In this document: piece after piece, positions 27,545 through 36,821 of the stretch
How the letters are laid out: each line of letters starts with the position of its first letter
Position numbering within the stretch: the first letter of the stretch is position 1
Source: Thermodesulfobacteriota bacterium
GTDB taxonomy: Bacteria > Desulfobacterota > Desulfobulbia > Desulfobulbales > SURF-16
Length of the DNA: 53,241 nucleotides
Direction: 5' to 3'
Assembly: GCA_034723545.1 (NCBI GenBank)
Contig: JAYEPA010000001.1
Coordinates: 2,227 to 55,467 of the forward strand
The notes under the pieces: generated by a model
What the model saw: only the letters and a program-made list of their open reading frames with translations
What the model was told of the DNA's origin: nothing
The model's database searches: none
Made by a program: the position numbers and the translations under genes

Positions 27545-29443
27545 ATGACCCTGAAAGTTCAAATGAATCAATTTCTTCAGGTTGGAGTTCTACTGACCTT
27601 GGCTCTGGTCCTGGGTGTTCCCATGACTTCACAGGCTGTCATCGAGAAGGGTGCGGAAAAAAACAAAGAATATCATATTCAGACGGTCCAATGGGAGAAG
27701 ACGGATCATAATCGCCTGCGCATTCAGGGTGAAACGTCTCCGGTTTTTACCGTTTATGAACTCTTCAATCCTGCCCGGCTTGTTATTGATATTGCTGACG
27801 GCATTTTGTCTGAATCGGCAGGTCTGCCCCTGGAGTTTACCGCAGGTCCGGTCAGCTTTATTAAAGGAAATGTGGTTTTGGGTCAGACTCCCAAAATCGC
27901 CCGGCTTCAACTTCTTTTTGCCGAAAACAGAGATTACAGCGTTGTTCGTGAAGAAAATGATATCGTCGTCCAATTTGGTCAGCTCAAGGAAGAGAACGAT
28001 AGCCAGCCGCAAAAGGTGCGCGTTATTCGCAAGATTACAGTTGAGACGACTGCCCTTGAAACACGACTCCATGTCTTGGCGGACGGTCCCATAAAGGAAT
28101 TTACCACAACCCGGCTCGCTAAAAGCATGGGCCATCCCCATCGTTTGCTGCTTGATCTGCCTGACATGGAAATGAAAAAGACCGAGTTCGTGGTTGGTAA
28201 TTCGCCACTGGCCGCAGTCAGGACAGAAATGCTGGACATTTCTTCCGGCGTTCGACTTGTTCTGGATTCAACCCTTGACACTCTTTTCGATTATGACATT
28301 GAGCAGAATGAAAATGGCTTGGACGTGATTATTCAAGCATCCCCGAAGAAAGAAACAGATCCGGTAAGCGCACTTGTTGCGACAGGTCTTGTTGCGCCTG
28401 GGCAGAAACAGGCTTTTATTTCTAAAGACAGGAAAAAACAGTCTGTTCTGAAACCGGCTTCCGCAAAAAATTCAGCGCCGAGGAAAACCGCATCCTCCTC
28501 TTCCGGCAAAAAAGGGAAAAGTCCTGAGTTCTCAGCTTTTGCCGGTTACAATGCCCAGAAAATTTCTATGGATTTTTTTAAAATAGATCTCCATAATGTT
28601 TTCCGCTTAATCGGTGAAATCGGTAAACGTAATATTGTTGTTGATGAGTCGGTGAACGGCTCTCTGACCCTTGCCTTAAATGATGTCCCCTGGGATTTTG
28701 CCCTGGATATTATTTTGAATCTGAAAGACCTGCAAAAAGAGGAACGATTCAACACCATCGTCATTTCGCCCAAAGACAAAGGGTTTACCTGGCCTGAAAA
28801 TGCCTCTGCGAATTTGGAAATAGAGATGGATACAGATTCGTTAAAGGTTCAGAAACGGCTTGATGTGCCCAAGGAAAAACTGGAGGCAAAAAGATTGATC
28901 CGCCAGGCCAGGGATCTTGAAAAAGAAAAAGACTATCAGGGTGCGGTGGCGTTGTATGAAAAAGCCATGGTCTTATGGCCTGAAAACAGTAAGCTAGCCG
29001 ATAGAATCGCTTCTCTCTGCCTTGGCCGTCTCGGCCTGAATGCTAAAGCCGCCCACTACGCCAAAAAGGCATTAAAATTTGATCCTGACAACGCGAAAGC
29101 GGCTTTAACCGCGGCAATCAGTCTGGCTAATCTTGAAAAAGTTCAGGAAGCTAAGGGCTATTTTGACATTGCAGTCAACACGCATAATCCGTCGAAACAG
29201 GCCCTGGCAAGCTATGCTGCCTTTTGTGAGCAGAATCAGAGTTATGAAGCGGCTGTTAATCTTCTGCAAAGGTATGAGCAGGCTTTTGGCAGCTCTCTGC
29301 AGATTATGATTTCCAAGGCACGTCTTTACGATAAGCTCGGCCAAAAAGATCTTGCTGACGCTGAATACCGTTCCGCTCTTTATTCCGGCGATGCGATGCC
29401 TGAAAACTTAAAAGGCTATATTCAAAATCGTCTGGGTCTGTAA
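27545..29443 (+). CDS. PilQ-like protein: AMIN domains + secretin N0 domain + TPR repeats, no secretin barrel
   Basis: NPARLVIDI and HRLLLDL (AMIN); ISMDF...LHNVFRLI...VPWDFALDIIL (N0); C-terminal ~200 aa of TPR-like helices. Confidence 0.8.
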   Translation: MTLKVQMNQFLQVGVLLTLALVLGVPMTSQAVIEKGAEKNKEYHIQTVQWEKTDHNRLRIQGETSPVFTVYELFNPARLVIDIADGILSESAGLPLEFTAGPVSFIKGNVVLGQTPKIARLQLLFAENRDYSVVREENDIVVQFGQLKEENDSQPQKVRVIRKITVETTALETRLHVLADGPIKEFTTTRLAKSMGHPHRLLLDLPDMEMKKTEFVVGNSPLAAVRTEMLDISSGVRLVLDSTLDTLFDYDIEQNENGLDVIIQASPKKETDPVSALVATGLVAPGQKQAFISKDRKKQSVLKPASAKNSAPRKTASSSSGKKGKSPEFSAFAGYNAQKISMDFFKIDLHNVFRLIGEIGKRNIVVDESVNGSLTLALNDVPWDFALDIILNLKDLQKEERFNTIVISPKDKGFTWPENASANLEIEMDTDSLKVQKRLDVPKEKLEAKRLIRQARDLEKEKDYQGAVALYEKAMVLWPENSKLADRIASLCLGRLGLNAKAAHYAKKALKFDPDNAKAALTAAISLANLEKVQEAKGYFDIAVNTHNPSKQALASYAAFCEQNQSYEAAVNLLQRYEQAFGSSLQIMISKARLYDKLGQKDLADAEYRSALYSGDAMPENLKGYIQNRLGL

Positions 29444-29451
29444 TAAAGGTT

Positions 29452-29596
29452 TAGGAAGTTGTCCGAGAATAGGAATTTTTTCTCAAATCAAGGCATTTTG
29501 AAAAAATAAGAACAGTCATATAGTTGATATTACGAGCATTATTTTTTCAAAATAACGAAGAGTTGGGGAAAAAGGGCATTCTCGGACAGCCTCCTA
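29452..29596. mobile_element. MITE-like palindromic element (IS5-like ends)
   Basis: TAGGAAGTTGTCCGAGAAT / ATTCTCGGACAGCCTCCTA (17/19); interior also self-complementary. Confidence 0.7.
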
Positions 29597-29631
29597 GGCA
29601 GAAATCTTAAAGTAACAAATTGGTACTCATT

Positions 29632-31281
29632 ATGAAAGATACGGGAAAATTTATTTGTTCCGCTTTTGTCCTTGCCCTGCTTCTCTCTCTCTTGGCAGCC
29701 TGTGCTCCAACGAATTCCCATACGGAACAGGAAGTGCGCGACTTTTTGGATCAGAACACCGCCGGATCCCGTGATGTGTTGGCGGAGCATGATATGGAGC
29801 AGCAAGCGGCTGAAAAGAGCGAGGAGTTGCCCCAGAGATTTCAGAATCCGATGTTTCTGCTTGATGATGTTGATCAGCTTGATATGGCCAGTGAATTTTC
29901 AATTCCGGTGGGCGCAGACATCTCGTCTGTGGAGCCTGTATCGCTGCGGGATATTATGAAAAAATTGGCAAAATTTCATAATATGAATATCAGCTGGGGC
30001 AGTGATGTGAACCAGAAATTTCTTGTTGATGTTCATATCCGGGCCGAAGAAGATTTCTTTGCAGCCATCGATAATATTTTGAGACAAGTTGATTATCATT
30101 ACGAGGTTGAAGGACAGACCCTGGTCATTAAAAATAAAGAGACAAGAAAATTTTACATTGCTGTTCCGGCCATGGCTTCAATTTATTCCACCGCCACCGG
30201 AGGTGATGTTCTTGGTGGCACGGGCGGCGATGATCACCAGATGACCGGCACCCTTGACCTGAAGAATTCTCTCTCTGAAGATGAGGCTCTTGATGTCTGG
30301 AAAAGCATCAAAGGCAATCTCGATAAAATTTTGCAGATATGGAGCGGTCGGACAGGTGAGGTGGCGACAGAGTCGGCCGGGGGTGAAGAAACCGCGTCTA
30401 CGGCAACCTATTCCACAGGCGAGGGATTTTATTTCATTGATAAGAGTGTAGGCATGATTACCGTAACCGCACCTCACTCCATCATGGAGCAGTGTGCAGC
30501 TTATATTGATAATTTAAAAACAGAACTTTTTCGACAGGTAACTATTGAGGCAAAGATTATCGAAGTTACTCTTGCCGCTGACAATCGAACCGGAATTGAC
30601 TGGGCAAAACTTCTGGAACAGTCAGCTGATCTGGCCAATGGTTTTGTCGGTAATTTTGATTTTCAAAAGCTGAATCCTCGTTACCATGACAATGGCACCA
30701 CGAATAGATTCTTCACGTTGGATTCTTACTCTTTTGAATTTTTTCTCGATGCCATGACCCAGCAGGGCAGCGTGGAAGTTCTGTCCAATCCACGCATCAA
30801 TGCCATGAACGGCCAGCCGGCCATGATTTCAATCGGCACAACGATTCGTTTTATTGAGAGTGTCAGCGTTGATATTGATTCTGATACAGGTGTTCGTACC
30901 TATACCGCCGAACCTGGAACCGTGATGTCCGGTCTTGGCTTGGGTATTGTCGCCACCATTGTCGAGGATAAAGAGGTCGTTCTCAACCTGACGCCGGTCA
31001 CTTCGAGCCTTGAGGAGGATCCGATTGAGACGGTCACCTTTGGTGATGGCGGTGTGATCGGTCTGCCCAGGGTAAGGATCAGGGAAATGAACACCAATGT
31101 CAGGGTGAAAAATGGTGAAATGCTCATCATCGGCGGCTTGATTGACGACAGAGATGCCTATGATGAGAATAAGGTTGTCGGGCTCGGTGATGTTGCCGGA
31201 AAACTTTTTATGCAAAACGGAGACGTATTTCGTAAATCCGAACTTGTTGTGATTCTGCGTCCGGTGATTCACAGTTTGTAA
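29632..31281 (+). CDS. Lipoprotein secretin (MshL-like)
   Basis: Lipobox LAAC; QVTIEAKIIEV..GIDW, LSNPRI..NGQPA, IIGGLI, KSELVVILRP. Confidence 0.85.
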   Translation: MKDTGKFICSAFVLALLLSLLAACAPTNSHTEQEVRDFLDQNTAGSRDVLAEHDMEQQAAEKSEELPQRFQNPMFLLDDVDQLDMASEFSIPVGADISSVEPVSLRDIMKKLAKFHNMNISWGSDVNQKFLVDVHIRAEEDFFAAIDNILRQVDYHYEVEGQTLVIKNKETRKFYIAVPAMASIYSTATGGDVLGGTGGDDHQMTGTLDLKNSLSEDEALDVWKSIKGNLDKILQIWSGRTGEVATESAGGEETASTATYSTGEGFYFIDKSVGMITVTAPHSIMEQCAAYIDNLKTELFRQVTIEAKIIEVTLAADNRTGIDWAKLLEQSADLANGFVGNFDFQKLNPRYHDNGTTNRFFTLDSYSFEFFLDAMTQQGSVEVLSNPRINAMNGQPAMISIGTTIRFIESVSVDIDSDTGVRTYTAEPGTVMSGLGLGIVATIVEDKEVVLNLTPVTSSLEEDPIETVTFGDGGVIGLPRVRIREMNTNVRVKNGEMLIIGGLIDDRDAYDENKVVGLGDVAGKLFMQNGDVFRKSELVVILRPVIHSL

Positions 31282-31322
31282 AAAGTTTGGCAGGCTCTTA
31301 AAGAGCCGTTAAAATTGTACTA

Positions 31323-31368
31323 ACAAAAAGGGGTTAAATGCTGATAATCGCATTTAACCCCTTTTTGT
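31323..31368 (+). terminator. Intrinsic terminator of the pil operon (bidirectional type)
   Basis: ACAAAAAGGGGTTAAATGC-8 nt-GCATTTAACCCCTTTTTGT perfect stem. Confidence 0.85.
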
Positions 31369-31582
31369 ATTGAAGAACACAAAGCAGGACGGGCGAATCA
31401 TTTCCACTGTCGTGGAAGTGGTTGTTTTTCTCGTTTCTACGTAGAGCGTGGAAACGAGACACAAAATCAAAGTTTCAGGCTGGAGGAAGAGAACTTTCTA
31501 TTTATTCACATTCAATTTATGGTATATTGAGCCCGTTTTCTTGAATAAAAATAAATCAACCAATCAACGTATCAACTATATC

Positions 31583-32962
31583 ATGAACCAGAAAAAAACC
31601 ATTCTTCTCTTTCTCCTGTTTCTTTTTGTTTTTTGTGGATGCGCACAAAATTTGACCATCAAAAATGCCAGGAAGGCTGGAGCAAAGCAACTTACAGGAA
31701 ATCAGTTGATTCAGCTGGTATCAGATAATACCCTGCATATGATAACTTGGGATCAATCCCTGGAGGCCGATGTCTTCTGTCAGGAAAACGGGCGGATCCA
31801 GGCGGAGAACAACAAGGGGGAAATCAGTGACGGCAGATGGCAGATCTCCAAGGGCGATCAACTTTGTCTGCAATTTAAGGACTGGGGCGATGGAGACAAA
31901 ATTTGTTATTCGATTTTAAAAATGAATGACAGCTATCAGGCTTTCCGGGGAGATGGGGGACTTGAATATACCTTTACCCTCTCCCATGAAGTTTTTAATG
32001 ATTCCCTTGAATCGGCCTCTCCGACAAAAAAGGCTGTAGAGGCACCGGTACAGGCCCAGGAAGATCATTGGTATGATTTTTTAATTTTTCCCAGAAAGGA
32101 AAAGGATTCATCGCCAGAATCCAGCTCAGTTGCCGTCGAGAAAGCCCAGCCGCCTGCCAAGTTTAAGGAGCAGGAGAGTCATTGGTATGATTTTATGACC
32201 TTTGGTGGTGATTCTAGCGACGAAGTGAAAGAGCCTACCCGTACCGAAGCGCACAAACGGCTTCTCGAAACAAAGAGCTGTTCAACGTGTGATCTGAGCG
32301 GCGTGGATTTGCAGAAGGCAGTGTTGAAGAAAGCAGATCTTGCCGGTGCTAATTTAAGTGGTGCCGATCTTTCCCTGGCTAATCTGGCCAAAGCGAATCT
32401 GTCCGGCGCTAACTTGTCCGGTGCCAACCTGGCGGAAGCAAATCTTGTCCAGGCGGATCTTTCCGGTGCGGATCTTTCCGGTGCCAATCTTCACTGGGCC
32501 ATATTGACCAGAGCCAATTTGTCCGGAGCCAATCTGAAAAATGCCTTTCTCGTCAAAGCCGACTGTTATAAAGCCGACTTTACCGATGCTGATTTGACCG
32601 ATGCCATTACGCAAAGAGCAAATTTTGACAAGGCTAAAGGAATTGATCTGGTGCTTGATGGGATTGAGCCGGCACCTGATCTGATTGAGCCGACGCCTGA
32701 TGGGAGTGAGTTGGCGCCTGTTGGGATTGATCCGGTACCTGATGTAACTGAGCCGACGCCTGATGGGAGTGAGTTGGCACCTGTTGGGATTGATCTATCG
32801 CCTGGTGAGGTTGGTCCGGCACCTGTTGGGATTGATCCGGCATCTGATGGGGTTGATCCGGCACCTGTTGGGATTGATCTGGCACCTGATGGGGTTGATC
32901 CGGCACCTGTTGGGATTGATCTGACGCCTGTTGAGATTGAGCCGGCGCCTGATGGTGAATAA
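31583..32962 (+). CDS. Pentapeptide-repeat lipoprotein with a Pro-rich heptad tail
   Basis: Signal with lipobox FCGC from ATG 31583; A(D/N)LSG repeats; 15 seven-residue repeats. Confidence 0.85.
   Translation: MNQKKTILLFLLFLFVFCGCAQNLTIKNARKAGAKQLTGNQLIQLVSDNTLHMITWDQSLEADVFCQENGRIQAENNKGEISDGRWQISKGDQLCLQFKDWGDGDKICYSILKMNDSYQAFRGDGGLEYTFTLSHEVFNDSLESASPTKKAVEAPVQAQEDHWYDFLIFPRKEKDSSPESSSVAVEKAQPPAKFKEQESHWYDFMTFGGDSSDEVKEPTRTEAHKRLLETKSCSTCDLSGVDLQKAVLKKADLAGANLSGADLSLANLAKANLSGANLSGANLAEANLVQADLSGADLSGANLHWAILTRANLSGANLKNAFLVKADCYKADFTDADLTDAITQRANFDKAKGIDLVLDGIEPAPDLIEPTPDGSELAPVGIDPVPDVTEPTPDGSELAPVGIDLSPGEVGPAPVGIDPASDGVDPAPVGIDLAPDGVDPAPVGIDLTPVEIEPAPDGE
32639..32953 (+). repeat. Coding 21-bp tandem repeat, 15 units
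   Basis: GIDPAPV / GVDPAPV-type units (gggattgatccggcacctgtt). Confidence 0.9.
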
Positions 32963-32973
32963 AGTTGTATTGG

Positions 32974-33051
32974 TTTTTTTTAACGCAAAGATCGCAAAGA
33001 GACACAGAGAGATTGTTTTTTGCGCTCTCTGTGTCTTTGGGTTGAAAAAAA
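32974..33051. terminator. Palindrome between convergent genes (bidirectional terminator or dispersed repeat)
   Basis: agacacagagag / ctctctgtgtct stem flanked by T and A runs. Confidence 0.55.
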
Positions 33052-33067
33052 GTTTTTCAGGATCCCC

Positions 33068-34417
33068 TTATTTAATTTTACGAATTCGTTCGTAAAATTC
33101 CTTCAAGTCTTTGTTGAGAAATTTAACGATTTTTCCCAGATTGGTTTGATGCACAAACCATATCTCGCTTATCTGCATATTTTTCAGTAATTCATAGACC
33201 CGGTTTTCCACTTTTGACCAGAGATTTTTTCGGTAATCTGTTTCCAGGGTAATCAGATTGCTCAGGCTGTTGCGGGCTTTTTGTCGGAGACGGGGGAAAG
33301 TCCATTTTATAAACAGGAGAGAGGCCACAAGCAGGGTACCGGCCACGCCGCAGGCTGGAACAAGAAAATGATGCATCTGCACTGTGCCGCCGAGCAGGGC
33401 CGCTAGAAAGGTTTCCTCGGGAAAGCCTGTCATTCCTTTAAGGATAACGCCAAGAAAAAAGAAGACGAACAGCGCCACGGCAAAACCGAATTTGGCGGTA
33501 TCCCCCAGCTTGGCACGGCCTTTTCTTGCCACGGCATTCATGGCCTCGGCAATTAGTTTGATTTCATTTACCTGACGGTCAATATCCTGCAGGATATGAT
33601 TGATGCGGAACTCGGGAGCAGACTGTATCTTTTGCTTCAGCTCGTTACGTTCTTTCTTCCACTCGGCATAGAATTCGGGGTTGGCTGCCAGTTCCTCTGA
33701 AAATGTCAGGAAAATTCTTGGTATATCCTTGCGGCCTGTCATCTGGGAGAGGTTCCAGCACAGTGTGCCAAAGGAACGTACCAGATCGCTCACGTTGTCA
33801 CACTCGTCAATACGGCTCATGACAAAAATAATCCGGTCTTCACCGGAGGACTCAGGCAGGGTGTCCCGTATTGCCGTGTAGGTTTCCTTGATTGTGCCGG
33901 CTTTATGAGGGTCGAACATCAAAACAACCAGATCAGCCAGCTTGGCAAACTCGCCGAGAACGCGCATGTAATCGTAACCGCGGTCTTTTTCCGTTACCGT
34001 GTCAAGCATGCCCGGGCTGTCAATGATGGCCATATTTTCCAGGAAAGGCTCATCCACTTTCTTTAGACGAAAATGGGAGATGAACTGCTCGCCGAAATCC
34101 TTGAAGTACGTAAAAGGTAATTTTTCGTCGCTGACCAGGGTGGAGCCGGGAATCAGCCCTTCGCCGGAACCGTCGGAGGTAATGATAGTAAAGGAATCGT
34201 CGGTGGGCGCCTGACCGGTACGTTGGAGATCATGGCCAAGGAGTTCATTGATGAAGGTCGATTTTCCAGAAGAATAGTTGCCGATCATCAGGACAACGGG
34301 TTTCCACTTGAGAATGGCCTGCAGGCTGTCGGTATCGGTTTTATATGTTGTAAAGAGAGCAGATAATTTTTTTTGAACCCTGCTTTCTATCTCTGTCTGA
34401 ATTTCTTTTTCGTTCAT
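33068..34417 (-). CDS. Dynamin-superfamily (EHD-like) P-loop NTPase with two TM segments
   Basis: GNYSSGKS, PTDDSF, DSPG, RGYDY, MFDPHK. Confidence 0.85.
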   Translation of the reverse strand: MNEKEIQTEIESRVQKKLSALFTTYKTDTDSLQAILKWKPVVLMIGNYSSGKSTFINELLGHDLQRTGQAPTDDSFTIITSDGSGEGLIPGSTLVSDEKLPFTYFKDFGEQFISHFRLKKVDEPFLENMAIIDSPGMLDTVTEKDRGYDYMRVLGEFAKLADLVVLMFDPHKAGTIKETYTAIRDTLPESSGEDRIIFVMSRIDECDNVSDLVRSFGTLCWNLSQMTGRKDIPRIFLTFSEELAANPEFYAEWKKERNELKQKIQSAPEFRINHILQDIDRQVNEIKLIAEAMNAVARKGRAKLGDTAKFGFAVALFVFFFLGVILKGMTGFPEETFLAALLGGTVQMHHFLVPACGVAGTLLVASLLFIKWTFPRLRQKARNSLSNLITLETDYRKNLWSKVENRVYELLKNMQISEIWFVHQTNLGKIVKFLNKDLKEFYERIRKIK

Positions 34418-34584
34418 TTTTACCCTGCCTTTATCTGCAAATACTTAGATGCGGTGAGGATTCCAGCTATTTTCATCTTTGCTTATTGGGCCGGAAAAAT
34501 CTTTTTCATGTGTCTGTTTCAGAAATACGCATCCATTTTTTGCCGATTTCGTCTGATTCCAGCAATTAAATTGAATTGAATTGA

Positions 34585-35271
34585 TCAGTGAACCATCTTC
34601 TCCTCGGACCAGTCATTATGCTCGAATTCTGAATGATCCGGTTTGGGAGGTTTGGCCTCGTCCATCCGCTGTTTGAGCCAGATGAGAATTTTATCAAATT
34701 CAGAAGCCGCCTCGGCCAGGGCCCTGCCGCGATGACTGACCTGATTTTTTTCTTCCATACTTGCTTCGGCAAAGGTTTTGTTAAGATCAGCCGAATAAAA
34801 TACCGGATCATAACCAAAACCGTCTTTTCCCCGGATTTCGTTGGTTATTTCACCCTCGCAGCGTCCCTCATATGTCAGGGCCGGGCCACTGGGGACGGCA
34901 ATAGACAGGACACATTCAAAGGCGGCTGCCCGGTCTGTCTTACCGGTCATTTCCTGGAGAAGTTTTTCTATGTTATCCTGATCAGTGGCACTCTCGCCTG
35001 CATAACGGGCCGAGTGTACGCCCGGGGCTCCATCAAGGGCCTTGACAACCAGACCGGAGTCGTCAGCAATGGCGGGCAGACCCAGAATTTTTGCCGTAAA
35101 CAGCGCCTTTTTATAGGCATTGTCATCAAAGGTCTCACCGTCTTCTTTGACCTCCGGGATTGGGCCAAAATCATTCAAATTCTTTAGCTCAACAGGAAAA
35201 TCCTTTAATAGGGCCTTAAACTCTTTGACTTTTCCCTCATTTCTGGTGGCGAGGACAATAATGTTATCCAT
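34585..35271 (-). CDS. rdgB: XTP/dITP diphosphatase (HAM1 family)
   Basis: ATRNEGK, ADDSGL, PGVHSAR, GFGYDP, SHRG. Confidence 0.95.
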   Translation of the reverse strand: MDNIIVLATRNEGKVKEFKALLKDFPVELKNLNDFGPIPEVKEDGETFDDNAYKKALFTAKILGLPAIADDSGLVVKALDGAPGVHSARYAGESATDQDNIEKLLQEMTGKTDRAAAFECVLSIAVPSGPALTYEGRCEGEITNEIRGKDGFGYDPVFYSADLNKTFAEASMEEKNQVSHRGRALAEAASEFDKILIWLKQRMDEAKPPKPDHSEFEHNDWSEEKMVH

Positions 35272-35321
35272 AAATGATCTCCTTGATAGAAAAATATGTG
35301 AAACGGATTAAATGCCAACTC

Positions 35322-35351
35322 CCCATACCCGCATTTTCATGCGGGTATGGG
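35322..35351. repeat. Perfect 13-bp hairpin upstream of rdgB
   Basis: CCCATACCCGCAT-TTTC-ATGCGGGTATGGG. Confidence 0.7.
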
Positions 35352-35397
35352 TATAGTCACCGAGTCACATACGTTTACTGATTTTTTAAAATATTTT

Positions 35398-35598
35398 ATA
35401 ACTATTCAGGTGGGGCCACCAAATTGGCCTAACCTCCGTTCCGTAACTGTTCAGATGTGCTTCATATTCGTTCATTCGGAGTCTCGTTCCTCACTTACCT
35501 GGGGCTTTGAACGGTAAGCGGAGCGAAGCGTAGACTCCGCACTGGTGCTATTCGAGAAGACCTAAATGGGCGAAGATGGAGTGCAGATGAATAGTTAC
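35398..35598. mobile_element. Family A MITE (inverted) with two micro-inserts
   Basis: ATAACTATTCAG...ATGAATAGTTAC; TSD AATATTTT. Confidence 0.9.
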
Positions 35599-35707
35599 AA
35601 TATTTTTTTGAATCTCTGTAGACTCTGTGAAAATTCTAAATAAAGTATCATAGGAAGTAATATACATAGATGGCGATGAAGTCAACTTTGACAGTAAGCG
35701 ATGAAAC

Positions 35708-35736
35708 AAAAAAAGCCCCTCCCGAAGGAGAGGCTT
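35708..35736 (-). terminator. Intrinsic terminator of the peroxiredoxin gene
   Basis: Minus strand AAGCCTCTCC-TTCG-GGAGGGGCTT followed by a T run. Confidence 0.8.
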
Positions 35737-35764
35737 GAGAAAAGAAAGGGAAAAAAGAAGAAAT

Positions 35765-36379
35765 TTACTCCAGAGCCTCAAAAACGTGACCCACCATTTC
35801 CGGAGAAGGGGTTAGAGTCTTGCTGCCTTCCTGCCAGTTTGCCGGACATGCTTCTTCCGGGTGGGTGGCTCCATAGATACAGGCTTTTAATTTACGAAGG
35901 GTCTCGGCAACGTTGCGGCCCACGTTGTAATAGTTCACCTCTGAGGCGGACAGAACACCTTCAGGGTTGATAATAAAGGTGCCGCGCAGGGCGAGTCCGG
36001 TGGCTTTATCATAAACTCCGAATAGTCTGGATACCTTGCGGGTGGGATCGGCACCCATGAGATATTGGGATTTTTCCAGCATTTTTTCATCGTTTTTCCA
36101 AGCCAGATGTGTGAACTGGGTGTCGGTGCTCACTGAAATTACCTCGGCGCCCACAGCCTTGAAAGCTTCGTACTGATCTGCCAGATCAGCATGTTCAGTC
36201 GCTCAGACAAAGGTAAAGTCTGCCGGATAAAAGAAGAGTACCGTCCATTTCCCCTCACCTTTTAACTGCTCCAATGAAATTTCACCGAAGGTAAATTCGC
36301 TGGGAATATATGTTTCCATTTTAAAGTCGTCGACCTGCTGGCCAACCTGAATTCCGTTGCCGCTTACACAATGAGCCAT
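35765..36379 (-). CDS. prxU: Selenocysteine-containing peroxiredoxin (AhpC/Prx1 type)
   Basis: The two tracked ORFs join in frame through TGA 36203-36205: FYPADFTFV-U-ATE; resolving motif EACPANW; SD GGAG before ATG 36379. Confidence 0.88.
36171..36191 (-). promoter_or_regulatory. Bacterial SECIS element
   Basis: TGCTGATCT-GGC-AGATCAGTA stem starts 11 nt after the UGA; G in the apical loop. Confidence 0.75.
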
Positions 36380-36461
36380 TTTTTTCTCCATAAAATAATT
36401 TTGACTTTTTTATACAAAATAAACGCTAATGAGCCATCTCAAAGAGTTTGTAGTATGTTTT

Positions 36462-36476
36462 TGATAACCATTATCA
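36462..36476. promoter_or_regulatory. Fur/PerR-family box upstream of the peroxiredoxin
   Basis: TGATAACCATTATCA, one mismatch from TGATAATnATTATCA. Confidence 0.6.
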
Positions 36477-36652
36477 TTGATTGGCTATCTTGTAAAGAAA
36501 AAAATGAAGAGTTCATGGTTTAACGGTATAATGTTGTCATAAATTTTTTTCTGAAGTCCGGATGTTCATTTTTTACGATCTTGTTAAGATCATTTCCCGC
36601 CCTTGACATCTCATTTTGAAAAGACTTAAATGGCGTCAATGCTAAAAAAAAC

Positions 36653-36821
36653 ATAACTATTCAGCGTAGGTAAAATATTCCGAAAAATTCGGTCTGTAAC
36701 TGTTCAGATGTGCTTCATATTCGTTCATTTCGGAGTCTACGCTTACCTGGGCTTTGAAGCATACTAGTGTTATTCGAGAAGGCCAAATATGGGCGAAGAT
36801 GAAGTGCAGCTGAATAGTTAC
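36653..36821. mobile_element. Family A MITE (inverted) inserted into the 5' end of aroK
   Basis: ATAACTATTCAG...CTGAATAGTTAC; TSD AAAAAAAC; micro-insert at 36732-36748. Confidence 0.9.

Noticed and set aside
32634-33005. Gln-rich repeat ORF on the minus strand
   Set aside because: Antisense reading of the 21-bp coding repeat.
36203-36391. Peroxiredoxin pseudogene or two separate genes
   Set aside because: The stop is a UGA at the catalytic Cys position with a SECIS-like hairpin.
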